DNA of 18,918 nt from an uncultured Erysipelotrichaceae bacterium (lineage in GTDB: Bacteria > Bacillota_I > Bacilli_A > Erysipelotrichales > Erysipelotrichaceae): positions 1 to 18,918 of the forward strand of contig CAYWGS010000022.1 of NCBI GenBank assembly GCA_964457525.1, read 5' to 3'. Below are positions 7,563-18,636 of this stretch, piece by piece (position 1 is the stretch's first letter; each line of letters opens with the position of its first letter). A program made the position numbers and the translations under genes. The notes below the pieces were generated by a model. The model made no database searches, was not told the origin of the DNA, and saw only the letters and a list, made by a program, of their open reading frames with translations.

Positions 7563-8760
7563 GAATGAAAAATTATTAGTCATCGTCAATGCGACGTATT
7601 TCATAGCGGCAACCATGTCCGCTGTTTTTGTTAATGTCTATTTGTATGCGTTTACGGGTTCGATCTATTCAATGACACTCTATGCAATGGTTCGATTTAC
7701 GATGATTCCACTTGGGTTTTATGTTGGTGGTATGTTAAGTCGTAAGTTATCTTTATCAACGATATTATCTATTGGATTACTCATTATTATTAGTGCGTTT
7801 GCCTTCTTGTTAGGGTTTAATCACTTGTTCTATGATAATTATTATCTAATCTTTGTAGTCGGGCTTGTCTTAGGATCAGGAGAAGGTTTGTATTGGTTTT
7901 CTATTAATAGTTTGAACTTACAATGTTCCACCAAGGCAACTCGAGCTAAGTTTGTTTCTACGATGGCAATCTTCAACTCCGCTTCAACTGTTGTGGCACC
8001 GTTTGTCGCAACCATGATCGTTCGTTTAGCAAGTACAGATGCTCAAGGTTATATTCGTATTTTCCAGATTGTTATTGTGTTACAAATTATCGCAGCGCTT
8101 ATCTCTCGAAAAGTTGAGAATATTTATGTAAATAAATCTTATACTGTTTTGGATAAGTTGAATCTTAAGCATGATGTTCAATGGCGTTATGTCATGGTAA
8201 GTCATTTTATTTTTGGGGTTCGTGATAGTTTATTAATTGTACTAACGAGTATTCTAATTTATAACGCTACTGGTGGTAGTGGTAGTTTATATGGTGACTT
8301 ATTAACAGGCTTTGCGGTATTAAATCTATTAGCAAACTTTGCGGCGAGACGTTTAATTGAACGTCAAAATCGTTTGTATATGTATGCGTTTGGGGCGATA
8401 TTATTGTTCACGAGCACAATGGTCTTAGTACTTTATCCAAGTATTATTGGGGCTATTTATTTTGGGGTTGTGAATGCGATTGGTAACCCATTTATGGTTA
8501 ATACATTCAATATTATTATGATGAATGCTTTACAAGATTATATGGAAGAAGAAAATATTTTTGGACGTATTATTGCGAAAGAATTTACCTTAAATGGAGG
8601 TCGTTTATTAGGCATGGCAAGTATCCTAATCTTTGCGACATTTATTCCTGAACCCTTGTCATTGATTGTGGCTGTCACATTCTGTTCTAGTTTTGCGCTT
8701 ATCTTAGTTGTATATGCGTTTAAATATCATAAACAAAGAGAATTATTGAAGAGGGGTTAA
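7555..8760 (+). CDS. MFS-type permease, 12 predicted TM segments, substrate unknown
   Basis: 401 aa. By eye there are 6+6 hydrophobic segments split by a central loop (KVENIYVNKSYTVLDKLNLKHDVQWR). A motif-A-like GGMLSRKLS follows TM2. A GAGGGGA RBS is present, and the start overlaps the upstream stop by 8 nt (ATGAGTAG). Confidence 0.7.
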   Translation: MSRNEKLLVIVNATYFIAATMSAVFVNVYLYAFTGSIYSMTLYAMVRFTMIPLGFYVGGMLSRKLSLSTILSIGLLIIISAFAFLLGFNHLFYDNYYLIFVVGLVLGSGEGLYWFSINSLNLQCSTKATRAKFVSTMAIFNSASTVVAPFVATMIVRLASTDAQGYIRIFQIVIVLQIIAALISRKVENIYVNKSYTVLDKLNLKHDVQWRYVMVSHFIFGVRDSLLIVLTSILIYNATGGSGSLYGDLLTGFAVLNLLANFAARRLIERQNRLYMYAFGAILLFTSTMVLVLYPSIIGAIYFGVVNAIGNPFMVNTFNIIMMNALQDYMEEENIFGRIIAKEFTLNGGRLLGMASILIFATFIPEPLSLIVAVTFCSSFALILVVYAFKYHKQRELLKRG

Positions 8761-8763
8761 TTC

Positions 8764-9420
8764 ATGCATTGGGAAGACTTCTTAAAGAATGAGTTTAAAG
8801 AGGAATACTTTATTGAACTTTCTCACTTTCTAAAGGAAGCTTATTCTTCACGTGTAATTTATCCTAAGCGTGAGGATGTTTTTAATGCGTTTGCTTATAC
8901 AAAGTATGAAGATATGAAGGTAGTATTGTTGGGTCAAGATCCGTATCATCAACCCCAACAAGCCCATGGTTTATGTTTCTCTGTTAATCCAGAATGTCCA
9001 TTACCACCAAGTTTGAGAAATATCTATAAAGAGATGTGTGATGATCTAGGGTGTCCAATGCCTAAAAATGGGTATTTAGTTCATTGGGCTAAGCAAGGGG
9101 TATTGATGCTCAATAGTATTTTGACAGTAGAAGAAGGGAAACCCTTATCTCATCAAGGAAAAGGTTGGGAGATTTTTTGTGATCATGTTCTTGAGGTTTG
9201 TAACCAATCGGAACAACCTCTCGTATTTATTCTATGGGGTAAACAAGCACAAATGAAGGAACGCTTTGTGACGAATTCACATCATCTTGTAATAAAATCA
9301 GCTCATCCATCTCCGTTATCTGCTTATAATGGTTTCTTTGGTTCAAAACCATTCTCAAGAACCAATGATTTTTTGATTAAGAACGGACGAAAACCGATTG
9401 ATTGGAGTCAAAATGTTTAA
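8764..9420 (+). CDS. ung: Uracil-DNA glycosylase, family 1
   Basis: 218 aa with GQDPYH (water-activating loop), GVLMLN and HPSPLSA (Leu-intercalation loop). It starts 3 nt after the MFS stop. Confidence 0.95.
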   Translation: MHWEDFLKNEFKEEYFIELSHFLKEAYSSRVIYPKREDVFNAFAYTKYEDMKVVLLGQDPYHQPQQAHGLCFSVNPECPLPPSLRNIYKEMCDDLGCPMPKNGYLVHWAKQGVLMLNSILTVEEGKPLSHQGKGWEIFCDHVLEVCNQSEQPLVFILWGKQAQMKERFVTNSHHLVIKSAHPSPLSAYNGFFGSKPFSRTNDFLIKNGRKPIDWSQNV

Positions 9421-10651
9421 AACTACGCATGATTTCATTGATTATTGTACCAATCGTATGAATAAAGGTCGGTTTAATCTCGATCATTTTAAGGCGTTAC
9501 TTGAAAAATTAGGAAATCCCCAACTAAAACTCAAAACAGTTCATATTGCTGGAACGAATGGGAAAGGAAGTACAACGGATTACTTAAGAAGTATTCTACA
9601 AACAGCTGGTTATAAGGTGGGAACTTTTACATCACCACATTTAGAAGTACACAATGATCGTATACGTATTAATAATGTTTATATCTCAGATGAAGAATTG
9701 CTTGAATATGGGAATCGTTTTTATACACTGATTGAAGAGAATGAACTCTCCATGTTTGAGATTGATACCTTAATAGCGATTTACTATTTTTGTGAGAAGA
9801 ATGTGGATATCGCATTATTTGAAGTAGGCTTAGGGGGAAGATTGGATGCGACAAATGTCATTCTTCCATTAGTATCCTTAATTACCAGTATTGGGTATGA
9901 TCATATGGATATTCTAGGTCATACATTAGAAGAAATTAGTTTTGAAAAAGCTGGAATAATAAAAGAAAATATTCCTCTTATCACAGCAGAAGATAAGGAG
10001 AATTGTCTTTTTGTGTTTAAATCTGTTTGTGAAGAACGATCATCTGATTTCTTGAAAATACATCCTGCAAAGAATGTTATTATCGGTGATTCGATTCAAT
10101 ATGAATATCATCACTTAATTATCCAATTAAATACACTCGCAATCTATCAAATCAAAAATTCATCGCTCGCAATTGAATGTGCGCTTTACTTATGTGAATT
10201 AGGTTATACAATAAGTGATGAAAACATTCGAATGGGGATATCTTCCACTCAATGGAAGGGTCGCTTTGAGACAATAAGTCTTAACCCACATATTATTATT
10301 GATGGTGCTCATAACATGCATGGCATCGATGCATTAGTCGAAAGTACAAGACTTTGTAAGAAGCCATTAATTATTGTTTTCTCAGCACTAAAGGATAAGG
10401 AAACAGAGAAGATGATTCATGCCTTAGTGGATATCGGAGATGAAGTGATTGTGACGGAATTTGAATTCTATCGTGCCGCAACACTAGAAACACTTAGTAT
10501 GAATAATCGAGTGACATCGATACGTAATCCTTATGATGCGATTAACTATGCGATTAAACAATCCGCGGGGGGTACATGTTTAATTACAGGATCACTTTAT
10601 TTTATAAGTGAGGTTCGACAAGTTCTATTACCACAAATATTGGGGAGGTAA
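9413..10651 (+). CDS. folC: Folylpolyglutamate synthase / dihydrofolate synthase
   Basis: Mur-ligase-type P-loop HIAGTNGKGST, then SPHL...NDRI, EVGLGGRLDATN and DGAHN. The track starts at TTG 9398. ATG 9413 has GGAG 5 nt upstream, is preferred, and overlaps ung by 8 nt (ATGTTTAA). Confidence 0.9.
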   Translation: MFKTTHDFIDYCTNRMNKGRFNLDHFKALLEKLGNPQLKLKTVHIAGTNGKGSTTDYLRSILQTAGYKVGTFTSPHLEVHNDRIRINNVYISDEELLEYGNRFYTLIEENELSMFEIDTLIAIYYFCEKNVDIALFEVGLGGRLDATNVILPLVSLITSIGYDHMDILGHTLEEISFEKAGIIKENIPLITAEDKENCLFVFKSVCEERSSDFLKIHPAKNVIIGDSIQYEYHHLIIQLNTLAIYQIKNSSLAIECALYLCELGYTISDENIRMGISSTQWKGRFETISLNPHIIIDGAHNMHGIDALVESTRLCKKPLIIVFSALKDKETEKMIHALVDIGDEVIVTEFEFYRAATLETLSMNNRVTSIRNPYDAINYAIKQSAGGTCLITGSLYFISEVRQVLLPQILGR

Positions 10652-10654
10652 GTC

Positions 10655-11467
10655 ATGGTTTTAATCACTCAGGTCCTAAGTGCAGTTGTCATACTTGTGA
10701 TAGGGGTTTTATTGTTTCGATGGGATAAACCAAATATCAAAATAAAGACAATCGCAATTGTAAGTTTATTTGTAGCATTGAGCTTAGTATTATCCCTATT
10801 CTCTTGGATGATTCCATTATTTGGATTTCCATCACTTAAGGTAGGATTATCACAAATGCCGATTATGTTAGTTGGTTTTATATTTGGACCAAGTTGGGGA
10901 TTTATTGCAGGTTTACTTGAAGATATGTTGGAATTATTAACAGGTACAGTAGCATTTCCTTTCTTTGGATTCACATTAAATAAAATTTTAATTGGTGTAA
11001 TTCCTGGATTAACCTATCGTTTTGTGAAATCAAAGAATGGGTTTACAAAACAATTACCCTATATTCTAATTACCATTATTTCAATATCTGCACTAATCTA
11101 TGTTTTCTCAACCCAACGTGTTTCTCTACCTGATGGGGACGTGGTGATTACGATGGAAATGCAGTTAATCTTATCTGCGTTTATTTTATTATTAGTTAGT
11201 ACTTTAGTAATTGGTTTAAGAATTATCACTAAACAAAATGAACATGCGTATCTATTAAATTGGGTAATTGGTGTAATTCTTGTGGAGATGTTAATTCAAT
11301 TAACATTGACGCCTCTATGGCTGGACATTATGTATGGAATACCATTTATTGTGAGTGTTTCTGTGAGATTGGTGAAATCTGTACTCATGATTTTGGTTAA
11401 TACATTTATTGGACATGTTTTATTACGATTAATCAATAAAATTTTCCCACAATTCGATACTCAATAA
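10655..11467 (+). CDS. folT: Integral membrane protein resembling a folate-family ECF transporter S-component (FolT-like), enlarged
   Basis: 270 aa with about 8 hydrophobic segments. The core block LSQMPIMLVGFIFGPSWGFIAGLLEDMLELL...FPFFGFTLNKILIGVIPGL resembles ECF S-components. It lies immediately downstream of folC, and folT-folC clustering is known in Firmicutes. The gene symbol is tentative. Confidence 0.55.
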   Translation: MVLITQVLSAVVILVIGVLLFRWDKPNIKIKTIAIVSLFVALSLVLSLFSWMIPLFGFPSLKVGLSQMPIMLVGFIFGPSWGFIAGLLEDMLELLTGTVAFPFFGFTLNKILIGVIPGLTYRFVKSKNGFTKQLPYILITIISISALIYVFSTQRVSLPDGDVVITMEMQLILSAFILLLVSTLVIGLRIITKQNEHAYLLNWVIGVILVEMLIQLTLTPLWLDIMYGIPFIVSVSVRLVKSVLMILVNTFIGHVLLRLINKIFPQFDTQ

Positions 11468-11490
11468 ACAACGAACTTTCGTTGTTTTAT
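11466..11490 (+). terminator. Rho-independent terminator ending the ung-folC-folT unit
   Basis: AAACAACGA-ACTT-TCGTTGTTT (9-bp stem, 4-nt loop) runs into TTTTATT. It starts at the folT stop codon. Confidence 0.7.
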
Positions 11491-11513
11491 TGATATTAAT
11501 AATGGTTTTGAGA

Positions 11514-11542
11514 GTGTAAGAAGCGATAAAACAAGGTATAAT
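11514..11542 (+). promoter_or_regulatory. Putative glg operon promoter
   Basis: A consensus TATAAT at 11537-11542 lies 17 nt after a weak -35 (GTGTAA, 11514-11519). It is about 33 nt upstream of the glgC ATG, which has an AGGAGG RBS. Confidence 0.35.
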
Positions 11543-11574
11543 ATGGATACATACCTAATACTAGGAGGATATTC

Positions 11575-12696
11575 ATGCGAAAACATAATATGATCGCGAT
11601 GATATTGGCAGGCGGACGTGGAACACGTCTTTTAGACTTGACCAATAAAGTCGCAAAACCAGCGGTTTATTTTGGGGGTAAATACCGCATTATTGACTTT
11701 CCCCTAAGTAATTGTGCTAATTCCAATATTTCTGTTATTGGTGTTTTAACACAGTACGAATCTGTCTTATTGAATTCGTATGTTGCTCAGGATCAACGTT
11801 GGGGATTGGATGCGAAAGACAGTGGAATTTATGTGCTTCCTCCTCGTGAAAAGAGTGAGGGTTTCGGTTTATACCGAGGAACAGCAGATGCGATTACGCA
11901 GAATATTGACTTTGTGGATCAATACGATCCCGATTATGTGTTAATTCTATCTGGGGATCATATCTATAAAATGGATTATGATGCGATGTTAGAAGATCAC
12001 AAACGTAATAAAGCAGATGTGACAATTGCAGTTTTAGAAGTTCCACTCAAAGAAGCATCACGTTTTGGCATCATGAATGCACATGAAGATGGTCGTATTT
12101 ATGAGTTTGAGGAAAAACCTAAGAATCCTAAATCGAATTTAGCTTCAATGGGTATTTATATTTTTAGTTGGCCACTCTTAAAACAAGCATTAATCGATGA
12201 TTTAGCGATAGAAGATTCAAATCATGACTTTGGTAAGGATATTATTCCTGGATTCTTAAACAGTGGTAAACGTTTATTTACACATCGTTTTAAAGGCTAT
12301 TGGAAGGATGTTGGTACAATTGATAGCTTATGGGAAGCGAATATGGACTTAATCTATCATCGTGATGAATTAAATCTAGCGGATCCAAGTTGGAAGATAT
12401 ATACCGAAGATATTACGGTACCTCCTCAGTATATGGGACCAAACGCATCCATTGAAAATGCATATATCAATCAAGGTTGTGTTGTGGATGGAACTGTCAT
12501 TAACTCTGTTTTATTTACTGGAGTTAAAGTGGATAAAGGTGCAGTGGTTAAGGATAGTGTATTAATGCCTTTCTCTCATGTTAAGAGTGATGCGTTTGTA
12601 CAACGTGTCATCGTTGCGGATGATGTAGTGATTGGTGAAGGCGCAAAGGTTGGAAAAGAAAGTGGCGAAATTGATTTGATTTCGCAGAATATTTAG
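11575..12696 (+). CDS. glgC: Glucose-1-phosphate adenylyltransferase (ADP-glucose pyrophosphorylase catalytic subunit)
   Basis: 373 aa. It has N-terminal [10 protein letters not shown]...[14 protein letters not shown], then [16 protein letters not shown] and a C-terminal left-handed beta-helix-type repeat region. Confidence 0.93.
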   Translation: MRKHNMIAMILAGGRGTRLLDLTNKVAKPAVYFGGKYRIIDFPLSNCANSNISVIGVLTQYESVLLNSYVAQDQRWGLDAKDSGIYVLPPREKSEGFGLYRGTADAITQNIDFVDQYDPDYVLILSGDHIYKMDYDAMLEDHKRNKADVTIAVLEVPLKEASRFGIMNAHEDGRIYEFEEKPKNPKSNLASMGIYIFSWPLLKQALIDDLAIEDSNHDFGKDIIPGFLNSGKRLFTHRFKGYWKDVGTIDSLWEANMDLIYHRDELNLADPSWKIYTEDITVPPQYMGPNASIENAYINQGCVVDGTVINSVLFTGVKVDKGAVVKDSVLMPFSHVKSDAFVQRVIVADDVVIGEGAKVGKESGEIDLISQNI

Positions 12697-12705
12697 GGGG
12701 CTCTT

Positions 12706-13821
12706 ATGATAAACGTACTTGGAATTATTAACTATGATGATGCGTCTGTTCATGTGGCTGGCTTAGAGAATTATCGTCCAATTCCTTCTCTTTCGTTCCT
12801 AGCTCGTTATCGTTTAATTGATTTTGCTTTGTCCAATATGACGAATTCTGGAATTAAGCGAATTCAAGTTTATGTTAAACACAAACCACGTTCAATTATT
12901 GAGCATTTAGGGAGTGGTCGTCAGTATAATATCAATTCTAAACATGGTAAATTACGTATTTTAACCGGTGAGGAAACGATTCAATCTGAAGCATACAATC
13001 ATGATATTACGGCATTCTTACAGAATATGCGTTTTATTGAGGATGCGAATCAAGAGTATGTCATGATTATGCCAAGTCATATGATTTATACCGTTGATTT
13101 TAAAGAAGTGTTTAAACAACATATAGATACTAAAGCAGATGTGACTGTTCTATATAAGACAGTGAACAATGCGCATGAATCTTTTATGGGTGTGGATACA
13201 CTAAAATTGGATGATAAGAAACAAGTTTTAGAGATTGAAAAGAATCGTGGTAAGTATAAGAATCGTCATATTTCTTTAGCTGCATATATGATGAGTCGTG
13301 AGTTGTTTATTCACTTGATTCATTTAGCAGATAATATTTCTTCTTTATATACATTACGTGATGTTCTACAGGAACAAGTTTCCATGTTAAAGATGATAGG
13401 ATTCCCTGTTAAAGGGTATGTGGCATGTATCAATTCACTTCAAGAATACTTTAGAGTGAATATGGAATTAACGGATTACAATCTAGGTAAAGAACTATTT
13501 AAAGATGAATGGCCAATCCATACACGTACGAGTGATTCTTGTCCAACCCAATATACACCAACTGCGAAAGCAAATTGTTCAATCGTAGCGAATGGTTGTT
13601 ATATTGAAGGAACTGTGATTAATTCTGTTATTGGTCGTGGTGTTGTGATTAAGAAGGGTGCTTTAGTTGAGAATTCAATTGTTCTAGAAGGTTCTGTTAT
13701 TGGAGAAGATGTTCATTTAAAGAATGTCGTTGTGGATAAGTCTGCAGTTGTTTCTAAAGTGAAAGAACTTGTCTCAGATGAAACAAATATTCTCTATGTA
13801 AAAAGACAAGATAGGGTATAA
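12706..13821 (+). CDS. glgD: ADP-glucose pyrophosphorylase regulatory-type subunit GlgD
   Basis: 371 aa, a paralog of GlgC (RYRLIDFALSN, beta-helix C-terminus) that lacks the GGxGxRL nucleotide-binding signature. It sits between glgC and glgA, as in Bacillus and Streptococcus. Confidence 0.85.
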   Translation: MINVLGIINYDDASVHVAGLENYRPIPSLSFLARYRLIDFALSNMTNSGIKRIQVYVKHKPRSIIEHLGSGRQYNINSKHGKLRILTGEETIQSEAYNHDITAFLQNMRFIEDANQEYVMIMPSHMIYTVDFKEVFKQHIDTKADVTVLYKTVNNAHESFMGVDTLKLDDKKQVLEIEKNRGKYKNRHISLAAYMMSRELFIHLIHLADNISSLYTLRDVLQEQVSMLKMIGFPVKGYVACINSLQEYFRVNMELTDYNLGKELFKDEWPIHTRTSDSCPTQYTPTAKANCSIVANGCYIEGTVINSVIGRGVVIKKGALVENSIVLEGSVIGEDVHLKNVVVDKSAVVSKVKELVSDETNILYVKRQDRV

Positions 13822-13823
13822 AC

Positions 13824-15257
13824 ATGAAAAAAATTCTGTTTGTCGCATCAGAAGGTTTACCATTTATAAAGACAGGTGGGCTAGCGGATGTTATTGGCTC
13901 ACTTCCAAAAGCTTTAAAGGATGAAGGATTTGAAGTCTCAGTGGTTATGCCACTCTATTTGAAGACAGCTAAAACAGTTCATAGTTCTTTAAAGAAAGAA
14001 AAAACATTCAATGTAGAAGTAGGAATCATTCGTACGATTGCGACCATTTATTCAAAAGATGTGGACGGGATTACCTATTATCTAGTTGAGCATGCGCCAT
14101 ACTTTGAACGTGATGGTTATTATGGTTATGGGGATGATGGGGAACGTTTTGCGTTCTTCCAGCATGCAGTATTACGCATGATCGAGGAAAAGGTTGTCGT
14201 GCCTGATGTCATTCATAGTCATGATTGGCATGCAGGACTTATCTCTTTGCTCGCAAAGACTGTTTATGCAAAAAGAATTAAAACCCCATTAACCTTATTT
14301 ACGATTCACAATCTATTATTCCAAGGAAATTTCCCTGCATCTATCTTAGATAGTTGTATTGGGTTACCAATGTCTTACTATCATGAAGGGCAATTGCGTT
14401 TTAAAGATGGAATCAGTTTTATGAAGGCTGGTATTCTGTATTCAGATATTGTCACAACGGTTTCAAAAACATATGCAAATGAAATTCTTACTGCGGAATT
14501 TGGTGAGAAGATGGAATATGTTTTATCACTTAGACGTGATGATTTGTTTGGTATAGTGAATGGAATAGATGTGGATTCTTGGAATCCAAGTACAGATACG
14601 TATTTAAGTTCGAATTATGATCTTAAAACAGTTACCAAAGGCAAGAAAGCAAATAAGCTTGCGATTCAAAAAGAATTAGGTTTGCGTGAAGATCCAAATG
14701 TAATGCTTGTGGCGATGGTATCCCGTTTAACCGATCAAAAAGGTGTAAATCTACTCATCCAATCCATGGCAGATATTATGGGTTGGGAAATTCAGTTGGT
14801 TGTTTTAGGTACCGGTGATGCGCATATTGAGAATGAACTCAAAGCGATTGAGTTTAGATATCCTCGAAGAGCAGTATTCTATTGTGGATACAATGAAGCA
14901 TTAGCGCATCGTATCTATGCTGGAGCGGATGTTTTATTGATGCCAAGTGCATTTGAACCATGTGGTATTTCTCAACTAATTGCGATGCGTTATGGTACTT
15001 TACCGCTTGTTCGTGAAACGGGTGGTTTAAGAGATACGGTTATTCCTTATAATCAGTTTACAAAGGAAGGAACCGGATTCTCGTTCTATCCAATGAACGT
15101 AAATGATTTCAAACATGTGCTCTGGTTAGCGCTTGAAACCTTTACCTATCGTATGGATGATTTTAAGACATTGCGTAAGTCTGCAATGACGAAAGATGTA
15201 TCATGGCAGAAGTCCGCAAAAGAATACGCTGAACTTATTCATAGTCGTTTAAAATAA
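13824..15257 (+). CDS. glgA: Glycogen (starch) synthase, ADP-glucose type, GT5
   Basis: 477 aa with N-terminal SEGLPFIKTGGLADV (KTGGL motif), then HDWH, PSAFEPCGISQL and RETGGLRDTV. Confidence 0.93.
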   Translation: MKKILFVASEGLPFIKTGGLADVIGSLPKALKDEGFEVSVVMPLYLKTAKTVHSSLKKEKTFNVEVGIIRTIATIYSKDVDGITYYLVEHAPYFERDGYYGYGDDGERFAFFQHAVLRMIEEKVVVPDVIHSHDWHAGLISLLAKTVYAKRIKTPLTLFTIHNLLFQGNFPASILDSCIGLPMSYYHEGQLRFKDGISFMKAGILYSDIVTTVSKTYANEILTAEFGEKMEYVLSLRRDDLFGIVNGIDVDSWNPSTDTYLSSNYDLKTVTKGKKANKLAIQKELGLREDPNVMLVAMVSRLTDQKGVNLLIQSMADIMGWEIQLVVLGTGDAHIENELKAIEFRYPRRAVFYCGYNEALAHRIYAGADVLLMPSAFEPCGISQLIAMRYGTLPLVRETGGLRDTVIPYNQFTKEGTGFSFYPMNVNDFKHVLWLALETFTYRMDDFKTLRKSAMTKDVSWQKSAKEYAELIHSRLK

Positions 15258-15280
15258 GAGGAGAAATCCTCTTTTTGTTT
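15256..15280 (+). terminator. Rho-independent terminator of the glg operon
   Basis: AAGAGGA-GAAA-TCCTCTT (7-bp stem, GAAA loop) is followed by TTTGTTT. It begins in the glgA stop codon. Confidence 0.8.
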
Positions 15281-15296
15281 TGTGAAATGTCTCACA
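15281..15296. promoter_or_regulatory. Perfect CRP/FNR-family-type palindrome TGTGA-N6-TCACA upstream of the pgk promoter (also Rex-like)
   Basis: TGTGAAATGTCTCACA, centred at 15288.5, lies 16 nt upstream of the -35 hexamer. That places it at about -60 relative to the predicted TSS. The extended sequence TTGTGAAATGTCTCACAT has 2 mismatches to the Rex consensus TTGTGAAnnnnTTCACAA. Confidence 0.4.
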
Positions 15297-15312
15297 TTTG
15301 AACGCTTTTGCG

Positions 15313-15341
15313 TTGATAGTAAGAGGTCAGAGTGCTATAAT
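15313..15341 (+). promoter_or_regulatory. Near-consensus sigma-A promoter of pgk-tpiA-eno
   Basis: TTGATA (15313-15318), a 17-nt spacer ending in TGC (extended -10 TGn), then TATAAT (15336-15341). An AAGGAGG RBS lies at 15354-15360 and the ATG at 15368. Confidence 0.7.
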
Positions 15342-15367
15342 ACTTAGGTATTCAAGGAGGAACACGT

Positions 15368-16563
15368 ATGGCAAAAAAGACAGTCAAAGATTTGAATGTC
15401 AGTGGTAAAAAAGTCATTGTTAGAGTAGACTTTAACGTACCAATCAAAGATGGCGTTATTAAGGATGACAATCGTATTGTTCAAGCACTTCCAACCATTA
15501 ACTATTTGGTAAACGAAGGTGCGAAAGTAATCTTATTGTCTCATTTAGGCAAGGTTGATCATAAGGATCCTGAGAAAACAGCATCCGATAAAAAGAAAAA
15601 CAACATGGCACCGGTTGCGGCTCGTTTAGCTGAATTAGTTAAAGTCCCAGTTACATTTGTGGATGAAACACGTGGCGAAAAACTTGAAAAAGCAGTCAGT
15701 GAAATGAAGAATTCTGAAATCGTTGTATTACAAAATACACGTTATGAAAAAGGTGAAAGCAAAAATGATCCTGAATTGTCTAAATATTGGGCAAGTTTAG
15801 GGGATTTATTTGTGACAGATGCATTTGGATCTGTTCATAGAGCTCACTCCAGTACAGTTGGAATCGCTGAGATTCTTCCTAGCGCATTAGGCTTCTTGGT
15901 GGAAAAAGAAGTTACAATGTTGTCTAAAGCTGTACACAATCCAGAACGTCCGTTTGTGGCAATCTTGGGTGGTGCTAAAGTATCTGATAAGATTAATGTT
16001 ATTGAAAACTTATTAAACACTGCAGATAAAGTTATTATCGGTGGTGGTATGGCTTATACATTCTTGAAGGCTCAAGGAAAAGAAATTGGTACATCTCTTT
16101 GTGAAGACGATAAGATTGAAATGGCTAAGGATTTCTTGTCCAAGGCTTCTGACAAACTCGTATTACCAGTTGATTTCAGAGTTGCGAAAGAATTCTCTGA
16201 AGAATGTGATAACTACATAGCGGATGAGAACAGTATTCCTAGTGACTACATGGGTCTAGATATTGGACCTAAATCCGTTGAATTATTTAAGAATGCATTA
16301 CAAGGGGCTAAGACTGTCGTTTGGAATGGGCCAATGGGTGTGTTCGAAATGAAGACGTATGCGGTTGGTACAATTGAAGTATGTAAGGCAATTTCTTCAC
16401 TTCCTGGTGCATATACTGTTATCGGTGGTGGTGATTCTGCTCGTGCTGCGATTGAAAATGGCTTCCAAGATGATTTCAGCCATATCTCAACTGGTGGCGG
16501 TGCTTCACTTGAATTTATGGAAGGAAAAGAATTACCTGGTATTGCGGTAATTCAAGAAAAGGT

Positions 16564-16567
<4 letters not shown>
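15368..16567 (+). CDS. pgk: Phosphoglycerate kinase
   Basis: 399 aa with [38 protein letters not shown] and [10 protein letters not shown]. Confidence 0.97.
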
Positions 16568-18625
<2,058 letters not shown>

Positions 18626-18636
18626 TTAATGAACAA

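Noticed and set aside
9398-9412. TTG at 9398 as the folC start, as in the ORF track.
   Set aside because: ATG 9413 has GGAG 5 nt upstream and gives the same 8-nt overlap geometry seen at the SBP-like/MFS junction. The five extra residues add nothing conserved.
15285-15299. The AAATGT-CTC-ACATTT hairpin as a second terminator after glgA.
   Set aside because: The stem is only 6 bp and AT-rich with a 3-nt loop and no U-tract. The symmetry is better explained as part of the TGTGA-N6-TCACA protein-binding palindrome.
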